A stretch of DNA of 63,841 nt, counting the filler, from Neolecta irregularis DAH-3 (lineage: Eukaryota): the NCBI GenBank assembly GCA_001929475.1. It is 7 parts of 7 records of this genome, joined end to end, with 100 filler letters (N's around TTAATTAATTAA, not from the genome) between each part and the next. Parts side by side here need not be neighbours in the genome. Positions count along the whole stretch, not along the records: positions 29,812 to 46,139 come from LXFE01003687.1; positions 46,240 to 56,829 come from LXFE01003700.1; 5 more parts are not named here. One strand, written 5' to 3'. This document shows positions 39,141 through 50,507 of this stretch, one piece after another; the stretch's first letter is position 1, and the number at the start of each line of letters is the position of its first letter. A program made the translations under genes and the position numbers. Below the pieces are notes generated by a model. It was not told where the DNA came from and searched no databases. It was given only the letters and a program-made list of their open reading frames with translations.

Positions 39141-39205
39141 TGCTATCAATTCATATTCAGGCTCATTAAACTCAAGCAGATGAATGCAGGGAATGAGATC
39201 ACCCA

Positions 39206-39367
39206 CAGTGTTGGGCATGGGCCGCGCCATTGACTTGGGCTTAGCGCCCATGGGCATATATAGGCAGTGTGATCAGGGCAGTTATCTAACCTGCCTGCCT
39301 GCTGACTGTCAATTCAGGCCCATGGGCGCTAAGCCCAAGCCAATGGCGCGGCCCATGCCCAACACTG
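39206..39367. mobile_element. Intact 162-bp hAT-family MITE
   Basis: 50-bp TIRs (CAGTGTTGGGCATGGGCCGCGCC..., 1 mismatch) and perfect 8-bp TSD ATCACCCA at 39198-39205 and 39368-39375. Confidence 0.95.
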
Positions 39368-39499
39368 ATCACCCAAGAGCAGAGCCGTCAGGTGAGGCTT
39401 AACATAAAGCTACTCTGCAGATGCTCTTCGACATTGAACAAGTGTATCACGGGTTCTTCAAAGGGCTGTGGTCTTTAGCAGTTTTCTTAAGACTGACTG

Positions 39500-39546
39500 C
39501 GGGCCAGTCCATGGGCAGGGCCGGGTGTGGTCCATCCGCAACACTG
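39500..39546. mobile_element. Degenerate right TIR of the hAT MITE family
   Basis: Ends CCATCCGCAACACTG. Confidence 0.5.
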
Positions 39547-39887
39547 CCATTTGCACCTGTCAGCACACAGGTTGTGGTTGTAGCGTCATTGAGGTTTTAG
39601 GATTCTGGAACATAGAGGAAAATGAGGGAAAAGATGAAAACGATTCTTTGATTCTTAGCGGGATGGATAGAGCATTATCCAACCGTCCTAGAAATGTGCA
39701 GATACAGGACTACTTATAGATTTACAGAATGAGCCACGTCATTGTAGTAAAATCAAGGACGAGAAAACCCATCAGATAACCAGAAAATACCACGTATACG
39801 AGTTTCTTGCGACACACCCACCCCACCCCATCAAAACTCCCTAGACTTTGTAGTAGCAGATTGTAGAGTGGCGATTATTCCCAGACC

Positions 39888-39938
39888 AACCCTAACCCTA
39901 ACCCTAACCCTAGACCCTAACCCACCCTGCCCAACCCT
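39888..39938. repeat. Interstitial telomere-like (CCCTAA)n tract
   Basis: AACCCTAACCCTAACCCTAACCCTAGACCCTAACCC followed by degenerate units. Confidence 0.88.
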
Positions 39939-40262
39939 CACATATCCTGTTGCTTCAGTTGCCCCATCATGCTGCCGCGCCCGTGCGGCTCGGCAGATCC
40001 TGGAGGAGTGCAATATGAATAGTAAAATCAATGATTGGTGGTGCGAGCAATAGTTAGATAGCAACCACCGGGTGGTACCGGGTGGCTCGGTTATCCACCC
40101 ACCGAAGTGGGATCGGTGGGGTCTGCCGCTTAGTTGGCCAAACTGGTTCCGTCCACCCGTGAACGCCACATTCATAAGTCTTATCGTACCCAGAAACCAC
40201 TCGAGTCTTTTGTTTCCCTGTTTCCCTGTTTCCAATTTTCTCTTTATCTTCGGTTATCTCGA

Positions 40263-40954
40263 ATGACCCTTCTATCGCGCTTTTCCAGATCCAGACCCAT
40301 TATCCAGTGGCTCAAACTGCTCCTCCCGACATCTGCGCTCAATCGTCTCCTATTTCTTCTTGGTCTTTTGTATCTCAAGGTAAACATCAGTCTATTCCCT
40401 CTTGACTCTAGGGCATCCCCCTCATCTGGCACGTCAAGTTTTACAACCAGTACCTCCGCAGCCTGATATTTCGCAAAAAGCTGCCTGATATCTTTTCAGA
40501 AAGCATCTACACGTCATACGCCTCGCTGGCCGACATTGACTTCAATATGCACAAATCTAACAGCTCCTATTTTTACGATCTCGACATCGCCCGGTGCAAG
40601 CTTATTCTCGAACTCTTTGGCGACTTTTTTTTCGCAGGGCGGTATTTTGTTCCATTGGCGGGCGTAGCGAGCCTCTTTATGAAAGAAATCAATCCCTTTG
40701 AACGGTATACAATCCGAAGCAAGGTGGTCGGGTGGGACGATCGATGGCTATGGCTTGTCAGTAGGTTTGAGAGTGGTGGAGTGACCAGGGGGCTTATGAT
40801 GAGTACGTACTGTGTCAAAGCAGGTCGCCGGACAGTCAAACCACGGGAGATGATTGATTTCTGTGGGTTTGCCGTGGATGAGGACAGAAGAGAAAAGGGC
40901 GTGCAGATTGCGCAGAGTGTTTTGCAGCTGCGACAGCTGCAGGCGTGCTTTTAG
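40263..40954 (+). CDS. Hot-dog fold thioesterase-like protein (YBR096W/THEM6 family)
   Basis: N-terminal hydrophobic stretch, one intron, DIDFNMHKSNSSYFYDLDIAR, FMKEINPFERYTIRSKVVGWDDRWLWLVSRF. Confidence 0.85.
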
Positions 40955-40971
40955 CGAATTTACCATTGAGA

Positions 40972-42813
40972 TTAAACAGCCATACTCGCCTTCGCCGTGT
41001 TCTTCTTGGCCGCGCGGTCCGCAAGATCCAGGTGCCCCTGCGCCACCCCGCGACGCCACAAACACGCCACAACCGCACCCACATGCGCCCCCTGCACAAG
41101 CACTTCCCGCGCGTGGAGGTTGCCCGGAGCCGCTCCCACGCTCGTGCTGCTTGCACAAACCACCCGCAATTCGCTTGCAACATCGCCAAGATCGATGCCA
41201 AACGCATCCAGGTTTGCAATCCGCATCACCACCTTGTTTCCCTGCCGCTTCTCAGTAACAACCTTGACTCGCGGAGGCGGGCCGCGCTGAGGTTTGCCTG
41301 CGCCAAGCGCATGGTACTGCGCGCTGCTCTTCAGCGCACGTTCCACCAAAACATCTCGCCCAACACACAGCTGCGCAGTATCAACAAACGCAGAAAGCAC
41401 AGAATCCAGACGAACCATTCTAATCGTCAGCCGCAACACCCCGCAGACTCACCGCCTGTTGGATGCATCGACCAGACCCTCCCGGTCAATATAGAGCTGC
41501 AGAACCTCGCGGATCTCCGGTGCCGTATACAATCCCGATTTACTACCCGCTTCAGCACAAATATAGCCGGGATTGCAACTCGCACCTTTTCCCGACTGCT
41601 TCAAATACAGCAGACACCTTACCCGTGGGCTTCCACAGCTGCCGGATCTCAATCATCTCGCCCGTCTTCTTCGTTGTAGTCTCCTCGTCCCTCTTGGCTT
41701 TCCTAACCGTGGGCAAATCGTAAAGCTCAAATTGCATGACTTGCGGGTTCGAAAGATTCATGCTCGTGATAACAACCTCACCCCCTCGTTCTCTAATAGT
41801 GAGGAAGCCCTCTTTACTCATTTCTTTCAAGAACTTTTGCGCCTTCTTCCATGACGACTTTTTGAGGTGCAGGTTGGGGTTGTGCGAGACTAGGTACGGT
41901 TGAATATGCGAAGAGATGAATAAAGAAGAAGGCATAGGCAGTTCAGGTGCACCTGTTTTGCCAAACATCTGCAGAGCGTACAACAACGACGATCGAAAGG
42001 CTTCATCTATCTCTATTCAATAGTTAGTATCCAATATTCTCCTCAGACATCCCTTTTGTTGATAATTCCGGCCATTCCGGTTCAATTATTTCCATCTTTT
42101 CAATATTGGCCGCAATTCCCTCAACTTCTTGGTCAACCTGTTTCTCTGAAATATGGCAAGCATTCTTCTTTCCACCCATAATCCAGACCTCATCCCCAAG
42201 AGCATGGATTATATAGACCGCTTTCCCGTGTTTATATCGCCATAGTCCCGAGAAATCAAGAGCCGCGAATCCAATTGCTACAATCGCATTGTCAATTTCA
42301 ACGGCGACAAGATCGTTTTTCACAACGTGTTGTGGTATCGTATTAAATAACCCCGGAATCATCAAATCTATCAGTTCATAAGATCACTCCTCTATCGACC
42401 AAAGGAAGAGACTGACCAGCCCCCGACTGTAGCTTCTCCAAAACTGGACTTGGTGTTTGAACAATAGGACATAAACGAGGAAACTTCCATAATGTATAAA
42501 CTATCTCCAATTACATCTCGGCTTGCAACCTAGACGTACCCGTCGGAACCATGATATCATTACACGTAAACCAAAGCGGTTCCCCATTCCCTGGATCAAC
42601 GAATATCTTTCCTCCTTCTCCTAAATGCGTCCGAAATTTCCCCGTCAAAATCCCCTCGGGCACCAGGTGGTTCTTCGCCTGCGACAAGTCGTCTTCAGCA
42701 ATGGACGATGCAACCTCAGGGAACGCTTGGAGGAGTTCTTCGACAAGCTTACGACGATCGGAGCGGCGGAGAGGGGCTAACGGAGAGAGATTTGAAAGTG
42801 GTTTTTTGAACAT
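40972..42813 (-). CDS. TMA64: Translation factor eIF2D/Tma64 (PUA, SWIB and SUI1 domains)
   Basis: MFKKP...LRRSDRRKL, PT|VYTLW, GA|DLMIPG, LHLKKSSWKK, EKRQGNKVV, ASSTSV, EVLVQG. Confidence 0.92.
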
Positions 42814-43257
42814 GGTGGTTGATACAAGTGTGGCGCTCAGATTTCTTTCGTGGGGGTGGAATTTATCTCCAGAGAACCTGCCTTTCCCTGGTACCACCTC
42901 TTGTCACTTCGATTGGCAAGTATATGGAAGCAGTGTATTCTATTGTACGCTGTAAGAACATATCGAGTAAGGCCCGTCCCTGTTCTTCTTGTAGTTGTAA
43001 TATATATAGAATTGTAGATAAAGAACGAAAATGGTGTCATCATTGCAAAAGCTCAAGTTCAAGCGGTGTTGTTCCATAGCGAAACAAATGTTGCTCACCG
43101 GCTTCTTTATGACTTTATTGCTCCGACATTTGTTCCTCTGGTTAGAAAGTGCATGATAACTGCAACATTTTGGTGTATATCTAGGAATAATTAATTACAC
43201 AGAGAACATGCATCTACAAATTAGCCTATTCATCAGTAATGAAGATGACACCAATTC

Positions 43258-44454
43258 TCATACCTTGACACACCCTTTGACAGCTTTTCTGAAATATTGT
43301 CGTATATCATCAACGAGTAACTCTGGAACTTCGATAGCCGGGAAATGTCCACCAATATCGTGCCTTTTGTGCCACTTGATATTTGCAACATTCTTAGCCC
43401 ATCTTCCTGGAACAGCAAACACTTCCTTTGGAAACGTACTTAATCCAACAGGAACTGAGCTCCATAGTCTGCCGCCAGTCAGGATTTCTGGAGACAATTG
43501 AAATTCCTTATAGACACGAACACCGCCTTCAGGGCCACTTAGCCAGTGCACCATTACGAATGTAAGAATTTCATCTTCAGACCAATCGTATCCATCGACC
43601 CAAGAGTGAAGCTTCTCGTAAATCCAAGCCAAAAGCCCAATCGGACTATCCCCAAGTCCAACCGCAAGCGTATGCGGTTTCGTTCCTTGGATTCGAACAT
43701 ATCCCATTTCATTTCCCTGAAAATACCACTTTGTACGTTCAATCCCTGCCCACTCTGATTTACTAAACCATCCTACGTGATCTTGGAGCCATAGGATCGG
43801 ATTCCAAATTAGACTCGGCGGACTCGCGATAAGAAAGTTTAAATGAATTGCTTTACAATGCATTGGATAATGGTATGCCAGACGACGAGCAACAAAACTT
43901 CCGATATCTCCTCCTTGAGCAACGTATTCCACATACCCGATGGACAACATCAACTGATTCATTGCATCCGCCATTTGAGGTATTCCAAACCCAGCTTTTG
44001 ATGGATGAGATGAAAATCCAAACCCAGGTAAACTTGCACTGACGACATGGAAGGCTTGGTGAGATGTATCAGTGGGTCCAGTCAGACCGTCAAGGATTTT
44101 TTCAACTTCCCAAAAATTTCCTGGCCAACCGTGAAGAAAGATCAGCGGGATCGCATCATCGCGGGACGACCGTTTATGAAGAAAATGTATGTCGAGTTCT
44201 CCATGATCTTTGACTTGGACAGACTGGAGAAATTGAGGATACTGATTGATTCGTTTTTCTATTTTGCGCCAATTGAATTTCTCCAACCAATAGGTTTGCA
44301 ATCGTTTCACTTCATCAATAGGGACACCGTATTCCCAACCGGCTCCTTCAACTGCTTTTGGAAATCGCGATAATTCCAGTTTTTTCTTGAGGATGGTCAA
44401 CTCTTCATTTGACACATTGATTTTAAAAGGACGAAGGGTGCTATGACTTTCCAT
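43258..44454 (-). CDS. Microsomal-type epoxide hydrolase (EHN plus alpha/beta hydrolase), intronless
   Basis: HGWPG, SLPGFGFS, nucleophile QGGDIG, DSPIGLLAWIYEK, GGHFPAIE. Confidence 0.94.
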   Translation of the reverse strand: MESHSTLRPFKINVSNEELTILKKKLELSRFPKAVEGAGWEYGVPIDEVKRLQTYWLEKFNWRKIEKRINQYPQFLQSVQVKDHGELDIHFLHKRSSRDDAIPLIFLHGWPGNFWEVEKILDGLTGPTDTSHQAFHVVSASLPGFGFSSHPSKAGFGIPQMADAMNQLMLSIGYVEYVAQGGDIGSFVARRLAYHYPMHCKAIHLNFLIASPPSLIWNPILWLQDHVGWFSKSEWAGIERTKWYFQGNEMGYVRIQGTKPHTLAVGLGDSPIGLLAWIYEKLHSWVDGYDWSEDEILTFVMVHWLSGPEGGVRVYKEFQLSPEILTGGRLWSSVPVGLSTFPKEVFAVPGRWAKNVANIKWHKRHDIGGHFPAIEVPELLVDDIRQYFRKAVKGCVKV

Positions 44455-44617
44455 AGCTCCGTGAATGTTGGATTGTTGCTGAGTATGAGATGGATGAATA
44501 TGTGACCAGTTGCGTTTTGCAGGGTATTCAGAATAACCCTTGTCACATGTAGAGAATTTTAATGGCCACGATTTAAGACTAGCAGTAGCGCATATACTAG
44601 TATAAATAAATAAAAAT

Positions 44618-44677
44618 TGGGGGGATCCGTGGGCTTTTAATGGGCCGGGCTAAGCCCATGGCCCATGCGCAACACTG
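44618..44677. mobile_element. Right TIR remnant of the hAT MITE family
   Basis: GGGCTAAGCCCATGGCCCATGCGCAACACTG resembles 39330-39367. Confidence 0.7.
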
Positions 44678-44973
44678 GTTGTAAACCAGCTGCAAGGGGA
44701 AAATCTTATGTTTTGCATCTGGGAACAGCAAGGACCAAGGACTCTTTAGGGCTTGCAGTCACTTGCCAGTTTTTAGCAATCACAGAAGTTTAATGGGTGA
44801 GGTACTATGTATCTCTCAAAGCAAATAATCATTATATCAATTCCGTAAGGTTATTCTACAGGATTTGTCAACGATGAGTAGAACGGATAACTGATATAGC
44901 ATACCATATAATTTACCCAGCAAAAACAAGCCTAATAGACTCTTCGCAAATTCAGAAGTCAGATTCGTTCAGG

Positions 44974-45332
44974 TTAATCGTCCTTTGTCATTCCGAATCT
45001 TTCCATGACATCCGCCTGCCTTATCCTTTCGTTATCTGCTACTTGTGATAACAGCATCATTCCAATATCGCGGATTTCATTATACTGATGAAGGAGATTG
45101 ATGTGGTTGTCCACTGTTGTCTTTGCATCGGGAGAGCTGGTAGCCGTGAGTTGAAGTTTCAAGGACATGACTTATGCACTCTAGACGAGAAACGAGTGCG
45201 GAAAGCTCTATTTCAAGTTCGGCAACAGTTGTTTCCAGGCTTCTTATCCTAGTTTCAAGTGCAGCCTATAGTTTAGGAGAGCTTGAATAGCAAGAAAACT
45301 GCCTTCTTCTCGGCATCAATACTATTGGTCAT
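44974..45332 (-). CDS. SAE3: Recombination mediator Swi5/Sae3
   Basis: HINLLHQYNEIRDIGMMLL...FGMTKDD signature; two introns upstream (first is GC-AG) give MTNSIDAEKK|AALETRIRSLE. Confidence 0.88.
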
Positions 45333-45617
45333 CTATTAGGAGGCAGGTACAGCGAAACTGGAAATGTCCGACTCGCCCTTCTTCCTACAGAGTGGACGTA
45401 GTAAGCTCAGCGCGGATTTAACCGACACCCCCCAAAACCCGCCACCCACAAAGATATTACCTGACGCATATTATCACCAATCTCACTTGCAATTCACTAT
45501 CCTATCTCCTTTGGCACGGTTCTGCTTCCAACGTCGGTTCTCTGTCTTCTCGAGAGTATCTTTGTACCGGGAGTATGGGGCGTGCTGAAGAGTAACCGTA
45601 TGTGAACGGGGCTTAGG

Positions 45618-46139
45618 CAGTGTTGGCAATGGGCCGAAGCCTTTTAAAAAGCCCGGCCTCCGGGCCTAACATGTGACAACCAATTTGGGTGGTGACTTTG
45701 ATTGTGGAAGAATAAGATTTAATATCATTGTTCATACTATCTAAGATCAGGCGATCAGGCCTGTGTGGGCCCATTGAGTCGGGCCTATGCCTGTGCACGA
45801 GACAGGCGGGCGAGGCGGCAGAGCGAGATGGGAGAGAGGGGCACGAGGCGGGACAGGGTGCGCGCCCTGCTCGCCGCTAGGGCTCTGTGTGTATGCGCTG
45901 CCCGGGCTTGCATGGCCGCACCTGCTGCACGCGGCGGCAGCGATTGCGGGCGCGGAGCTGGGCGTGCTGCTGCTGGGGATGCTGGCGAACCCGTGGCTGT
46001 ACTCTTCGGTGGCAGCCTGGCCGCAGCGTCGCCTTTGCGGTTGCCGATGTGCTACTCGCCCTGGCCGTGCACTGCTGCTCGAGACGGGCGGGAGAGGCAG
46101 GAGAAATAGACGGGAGAGGCAGGAGAAATAAACGGGAGA
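45618..46139. mobile_element. hAT-family element end with GC-rich internal sequence, truncated by scaffold end
   Basis: Starts CAGTGTTGGCAATGGGCCGAAGCC, matching the reverse complement of the 63101 end. Confidence 0.75.
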
Positions 46140-46239
46140 NNNNNNNNNNNNNNNNNNNNNNNNNNNNNNNNNNNNNNNNNNNNTTAATTAATTAANNNNN
46201 NNNNNNNNNNNNNNNNNNNNNNNNNNNNNNNNNNNNNNN
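46140..46239. other. Artificial scaffold linker
   Basis: N-TTAATTAATTAA-N block. Confidence 0.98.
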
Positions 46240-46466
46240 CGAAATTATACCGGGGGTCTCCGTATGGACCTTTCAAGATACTTTTGTTGCCTCGCAAAAT
46301 ACAACGTCTCGGCGAAACTCGACTATTGTAGCAAACACGCTCGCCTTATCGTCAACAGAAAACGGCTCTTTTAGCATCAAATACTACTGGAGACAAGACT
46401 TTCTAGGAAACCAACTACCATTCTTCAATGATTCTCTTACTCTCAGTTCAGATAAACTTTGGCCCG
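46240..46466. repeat. 227-bp near-identical copy of 52811-53037
   Basis: Three substitutions by direct comparison; isolated between a linker and an N10 gap. Confidence 0.93.
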
Positions 46467-46643
46467 NNNNNNNNNNTCGCTCTGGGTGTCGAGATTGACT
46501 CAGATTCAGCTCAAATAGAATATTTCAACTGCAATGTCCGCATTTGGGTTGAAGCAGAGTCAGCCAGTTGCTTTTTTCGGATTGTAAAATATCATTTAAG
46601 GACGACGTGCCCGCCCGAAATCATTTTCAATTTGTCGCGAGCC

Positions 46644-47116
46644 ATGTTGTCGATCTTTTTGTTTGTCGCCTTGTGTGGAAAGCTTTCCTTTGCAAACGAT
46701 TTGTATCTTGACAAATTTGTTCTGGATCCGATGCCTAGCCCCCCCCTACCTATGTAAATCCCCGCATTTTGCGACCATTTCGCAAAGTCTATTTCAATCC
46801 TCCTGTCGACCCTATCCGTTCGACTAATTATGATGAGAGATGTGCTACAGCCTGCTTCAAGGAAATTTCGTGTGGTTCTTTCCTTTTGGCATATGATTAT
46901 CGAGAAAACACCGACCACCGGTTCTGCTACCTCTTTAAAAAAGAATCGGTTGTGAACCTTACGCCCGTCGAATATCGAATGTTCGAAGCGCTGGCGTACT
47001 ACAAGAGGATTACGGTTAGTTGGGATTTAAAAGTTATCTGATGTTTTTAGGCGGTTATGAAATTCGGAAAGACTCGTTCGCGATTTGAGGATATTGAAAT
47101 CATTACACAAAGCTAA
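46644..47116 (+). CDS. Small secreted Cys-containing protein with PAN/apple-like motif; frameshift at a C8 run
   Basis: Signal peptide MLSIFLFVALCGKLSFA; CATACFKEISCGSF...CYLF; frames join if C8 at 46739-46746 were C9. Confidence 0.55.
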
Positions 47117-48008
47117 TGCCACACATCCTTCATGTGTGGCACCTGTGGCACCGCTGATGAGATATTGACCGCCACACGAAATTTCAACTCTACGTCCACC
47201 AAACCAATCACCCGTCCTTTTCACTCTTTGACCGGATCCAGGATGATAATGGCGGGTATTTCCTTATTGTATTTCAATTAAACTATCTATCTCTGTTTCC
47301 GGGGAGGCTGGTAAACTGCTGTGCAGCCTTCTGCTGCTCCCTGGTTTATTTCTTTGTCTCTTTCTAATTCCGTTTAATTCTCCTTTTCTCTTTCTACTAT
47401 TTCCGGCTCAAGTACAGGTTATACGACCCTCTATGATCGTCGTTCTCCAACCCCGCTTCTAAGCAAAGACCAAGGCTACAGTCTTGCAATAAAAACAATC
47501 TCTTTTCTGCAGAACCATATCTTTACGAAAAGAATCAAACAACTATTGGGCGCAGGAGCGCTAGTTGGAATGCCATGAGAAAGGGTTAACATTGTTTAGT
47601 AATTTTGGTATTAGATTTCCGCACAAGTTGAATATATCTTTTCTCTCTCATACGTGCGAGGAATACAACGAGAGACTAATGTACTATCACGGCCCATACA
47701 AAGCTATTCCAAAAGATTAAACACGGATATTTTCCTTTTGTCGCAAATTTTTGTAGACAGTTCTTTCATAGGTCTATTGTATTGCTCAATAAATCATAGC
47801 CTGCAGTTTTTGTTTCACTTTGAAGAGTGTTGATATACCCATTATTGAGATCCTGCCAGAGAGCACAACGATCTTGAAACAAAGTGGGGTCATCAGTGGC
47901 CAAGCCGCATGCAGAGCGGGCGAGGAGGGTGGGCTGTACGGTTTCTCCGCTTGTTCGAACGGGCTATACTTTAAGAAATTCTGCCTTTACTGTTTGATAT
48001 ATTAATTT

Positions 48009-48477
48009 CAAGTCAATATCAAACCTGGCTATAGGGAACCTCCGTATAACGAATTTCCCCTTATAACGAATCCAACTCTCTGCCAAAATTAATTTGGATG
48101 GGGTTTAACGAATTTAAACCATACTACAAAGTTCGTTAAATAATTCGGTATAAATCCAATGAATTCACTTCAGAATCTCTTGCTTGGATTCAAAAGGTGG
48201 TAGCTGTGCTGGATCCTGGGGCCAGGCCGGGTTGGGCTTATAAATAGGCATGTTCAGGGCAGTTGCCTAACCTGCCTGCCTGCCGACTGCCATAAATCGT
48301 ATAAATCAGCATCAATATATAGATGTTAGAATCAAATTATTTTTCTCTCTGATTCATTTGGTTGGGATTTGGTTGGATCTTGTTTATTTTTTATTTGGCT
48401 ATCTCCATACAACAAATCCTCCTTATAACGAACTGAAAACGCTGCCAAGCCACAATCGTTATATCCAGGTTTGACTG
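48009..48477. mobile_element. pogo/Tigger-like (Tc1-mariner) MITE with mosaic interior
   Basis: Right end CGTTATATCCAGGTTTGACTG|TA; degenerate left end TCAAACCTGGCTATA; repeated subterminal TATAACGAA. Confidence 0.7.
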
Positions 48478-48799
48478 TATATGGAGCTATTTCTTGTAAT
48501 ATTAGTGTTCACTCGATAGTTTAATAAACTCCTACCGCTTATTTTTAAGAGATAAAAGATATGAAGAGATTCCCTTACAACTAAAACACTAGCTAGATGA
48601 GGGTTTCACACGACAGATAACTCAATCACGCCTGTCGGAAGGATGCCCAAGGTTAACCATTTTATCTTGTTCACAAAAGATGCATGCCTATCTATGACTT
48701 ATACTTTTTCAGGGTTACCGGTCTGTAAAATGTATAATAGATGATTAAAAATATGAAATGATCTTTTCACGAAGGACATTTTTTCATTCCCACAATCCC

Positions 48800-50507
48800 A
48801 TGGCTGTTTTCTGCCGTCGTCTCGCAGCTATGCCTTTGCGTGCAAAGATCACTATCCCATCTCAAACAAGATCCGTATATCACTGAACATTGTTCCCAAA
48901 TTTCTGAGATAAATAGATGTCTTCAAAAAACGATTCTGATCAAGTTTTATTCACATCGAATTATGGCGTTCGAACAGTTATCCTAAATAGTCCCAGAAAC
49001 CTCCATGCGCTGGATCTTGAGATGATTGAAGGGATCACTCCAAGACTTCTTGTAATATATTCGTGCGATTACATTTATTCAGTTTATAGGAATGGGAGAA
49101 CTCCGAATTGGCCAAGATTATTGTTTTAAAATCAAACGGCACTCGAGCGTTCTGCGCTGGAGGGGATGTCAAGTGTACACGATATATGAATAGTGGCAGC
49201 TGCTGATACTAGCTCTTGTAACGTTTCTCCAGCAGAAGGATTCGGCTGGAATAAGTCAAGCAGTTGCATATTTCCGTAAGGAATATCAGCTTGATCATAC
49301 GATTGCGACTTATTCGAAACCTTGCGTTGCGTTTATGGATGGAATTACGAGTAATTTATCTTTTCTGGATTTGATTGATGGGACATAGTGGGTGGTGGGG
49401 CGGGACTTTCGATGCATGCACCTTTTAGGATTGCAACTGAAAATACTATATTTGCGATGCCAGAAACTGCAATCGGTTTATTCCCGGATGTTGGGGGAGC
49501 ATTCTTTTTATCAAGGTTGGAGGGTCAACTCGGAAAGTTTCTTGGGGTGACTAGTGAACGGGTGAGTGCCTTCGATTGTCTGTACGTTCCCGATTTCTTT
49601 CAACGATATCAATTATTTAAGGTTAACGGGGATTGCCACTCATTACGTTTCGTCTAGCAATTTGTCTGCTCTTGAAGCACGGCTGGCCGAACTGGAAAGC
49701 TCGGATTTGAATCTCATAGATCAGACTATTGCGGAGTTTTCAGGAGTGAAAGAACCGTCCATTCAACTGCAGTACGTTGGCAAGCAAAGGGAAGCCATCG
49801 ACAGGTACACTGTCTATATTAAATACATGATCTAAACAGCAGATGTTTTGCAGGAGATACTATTGACACAATTCTGAGTACACTGCGATCAGAGAAGTCG
49901 CCATGGAGTCAGAAACAGATAGAAACTATCCAATCTCGATCACCTACCAGTGTCGCATTCTTTCTCCGTCACAGTCAAGAAGCAAAATCGTGGAGCATTG
50001 ACCAGACCTTTTCACGTGACCTCGTATTTGCCAAGAAGTTTATGGTGGGGATTATTCTCGACATGTGGCCTAATTAGGCGATAGGAACACCCAGACTTTG
50101 TAGAAGGGGTCACGGCGAGACTTTTCAGCTCGCCACCAGTTACACCGACGTGGACACCTGCCTCATTTGGCGAACTCAGAGTCAGCCACATAGCCAGGTT
50201 CTTTGAACAGTCCCCAGATGATCCTCGGCTAAATCTCCCCGAGCGGCTCAATCGGCAGATCAATTACGAGCAATATCCGCATGCCGAGTATGGACTGCCG
50301 ACGGAGGAGGAAATTCGCAAAGTAATCACTGGGCAAGACCCTGATGCAGGGGCGTCTGCGTTTACGGCGAATGACGTAGTCGAGTTCTTCCAGAGGCGGA
50401 AGAATGGGAAGACGGGAGTGCGTGAGAAAGTGCTTGACATAGTTGGACGGAAGGGACACAAGAACGAGGAGCAGGGAGTGCTCGAATGGATAGGAAGGGC
50501 GGATTAG
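48800..50507 (+). CDS. EHD3: Mitochondrial 3-hydroxyisobutyryl-CoA hydrolase
   Basis: [79 protein letters not shown]. Confidence 0.93.

Noticed and set aside
40748-41854. Several long overlapping ORFs on both strands
   Set aside because: Shadow ORFs of the GC-rich eIF2D exons.
19489-44454. Apparent lipid gene cluster (FAS1, FAD2, thioesterase, epoxide hydrolase)
   Set aside because: FAS1 is on a different scaffold, and the others are interleaved with unrelated housekeeping genes such as eIF2D.
43258-44454. Intronless epoxide hydrolase as an HGT candidate
   Set aside because: The family is widespread in fungi and the sequence looks typical; lack of introns alone is insufficient without a phylogeny.
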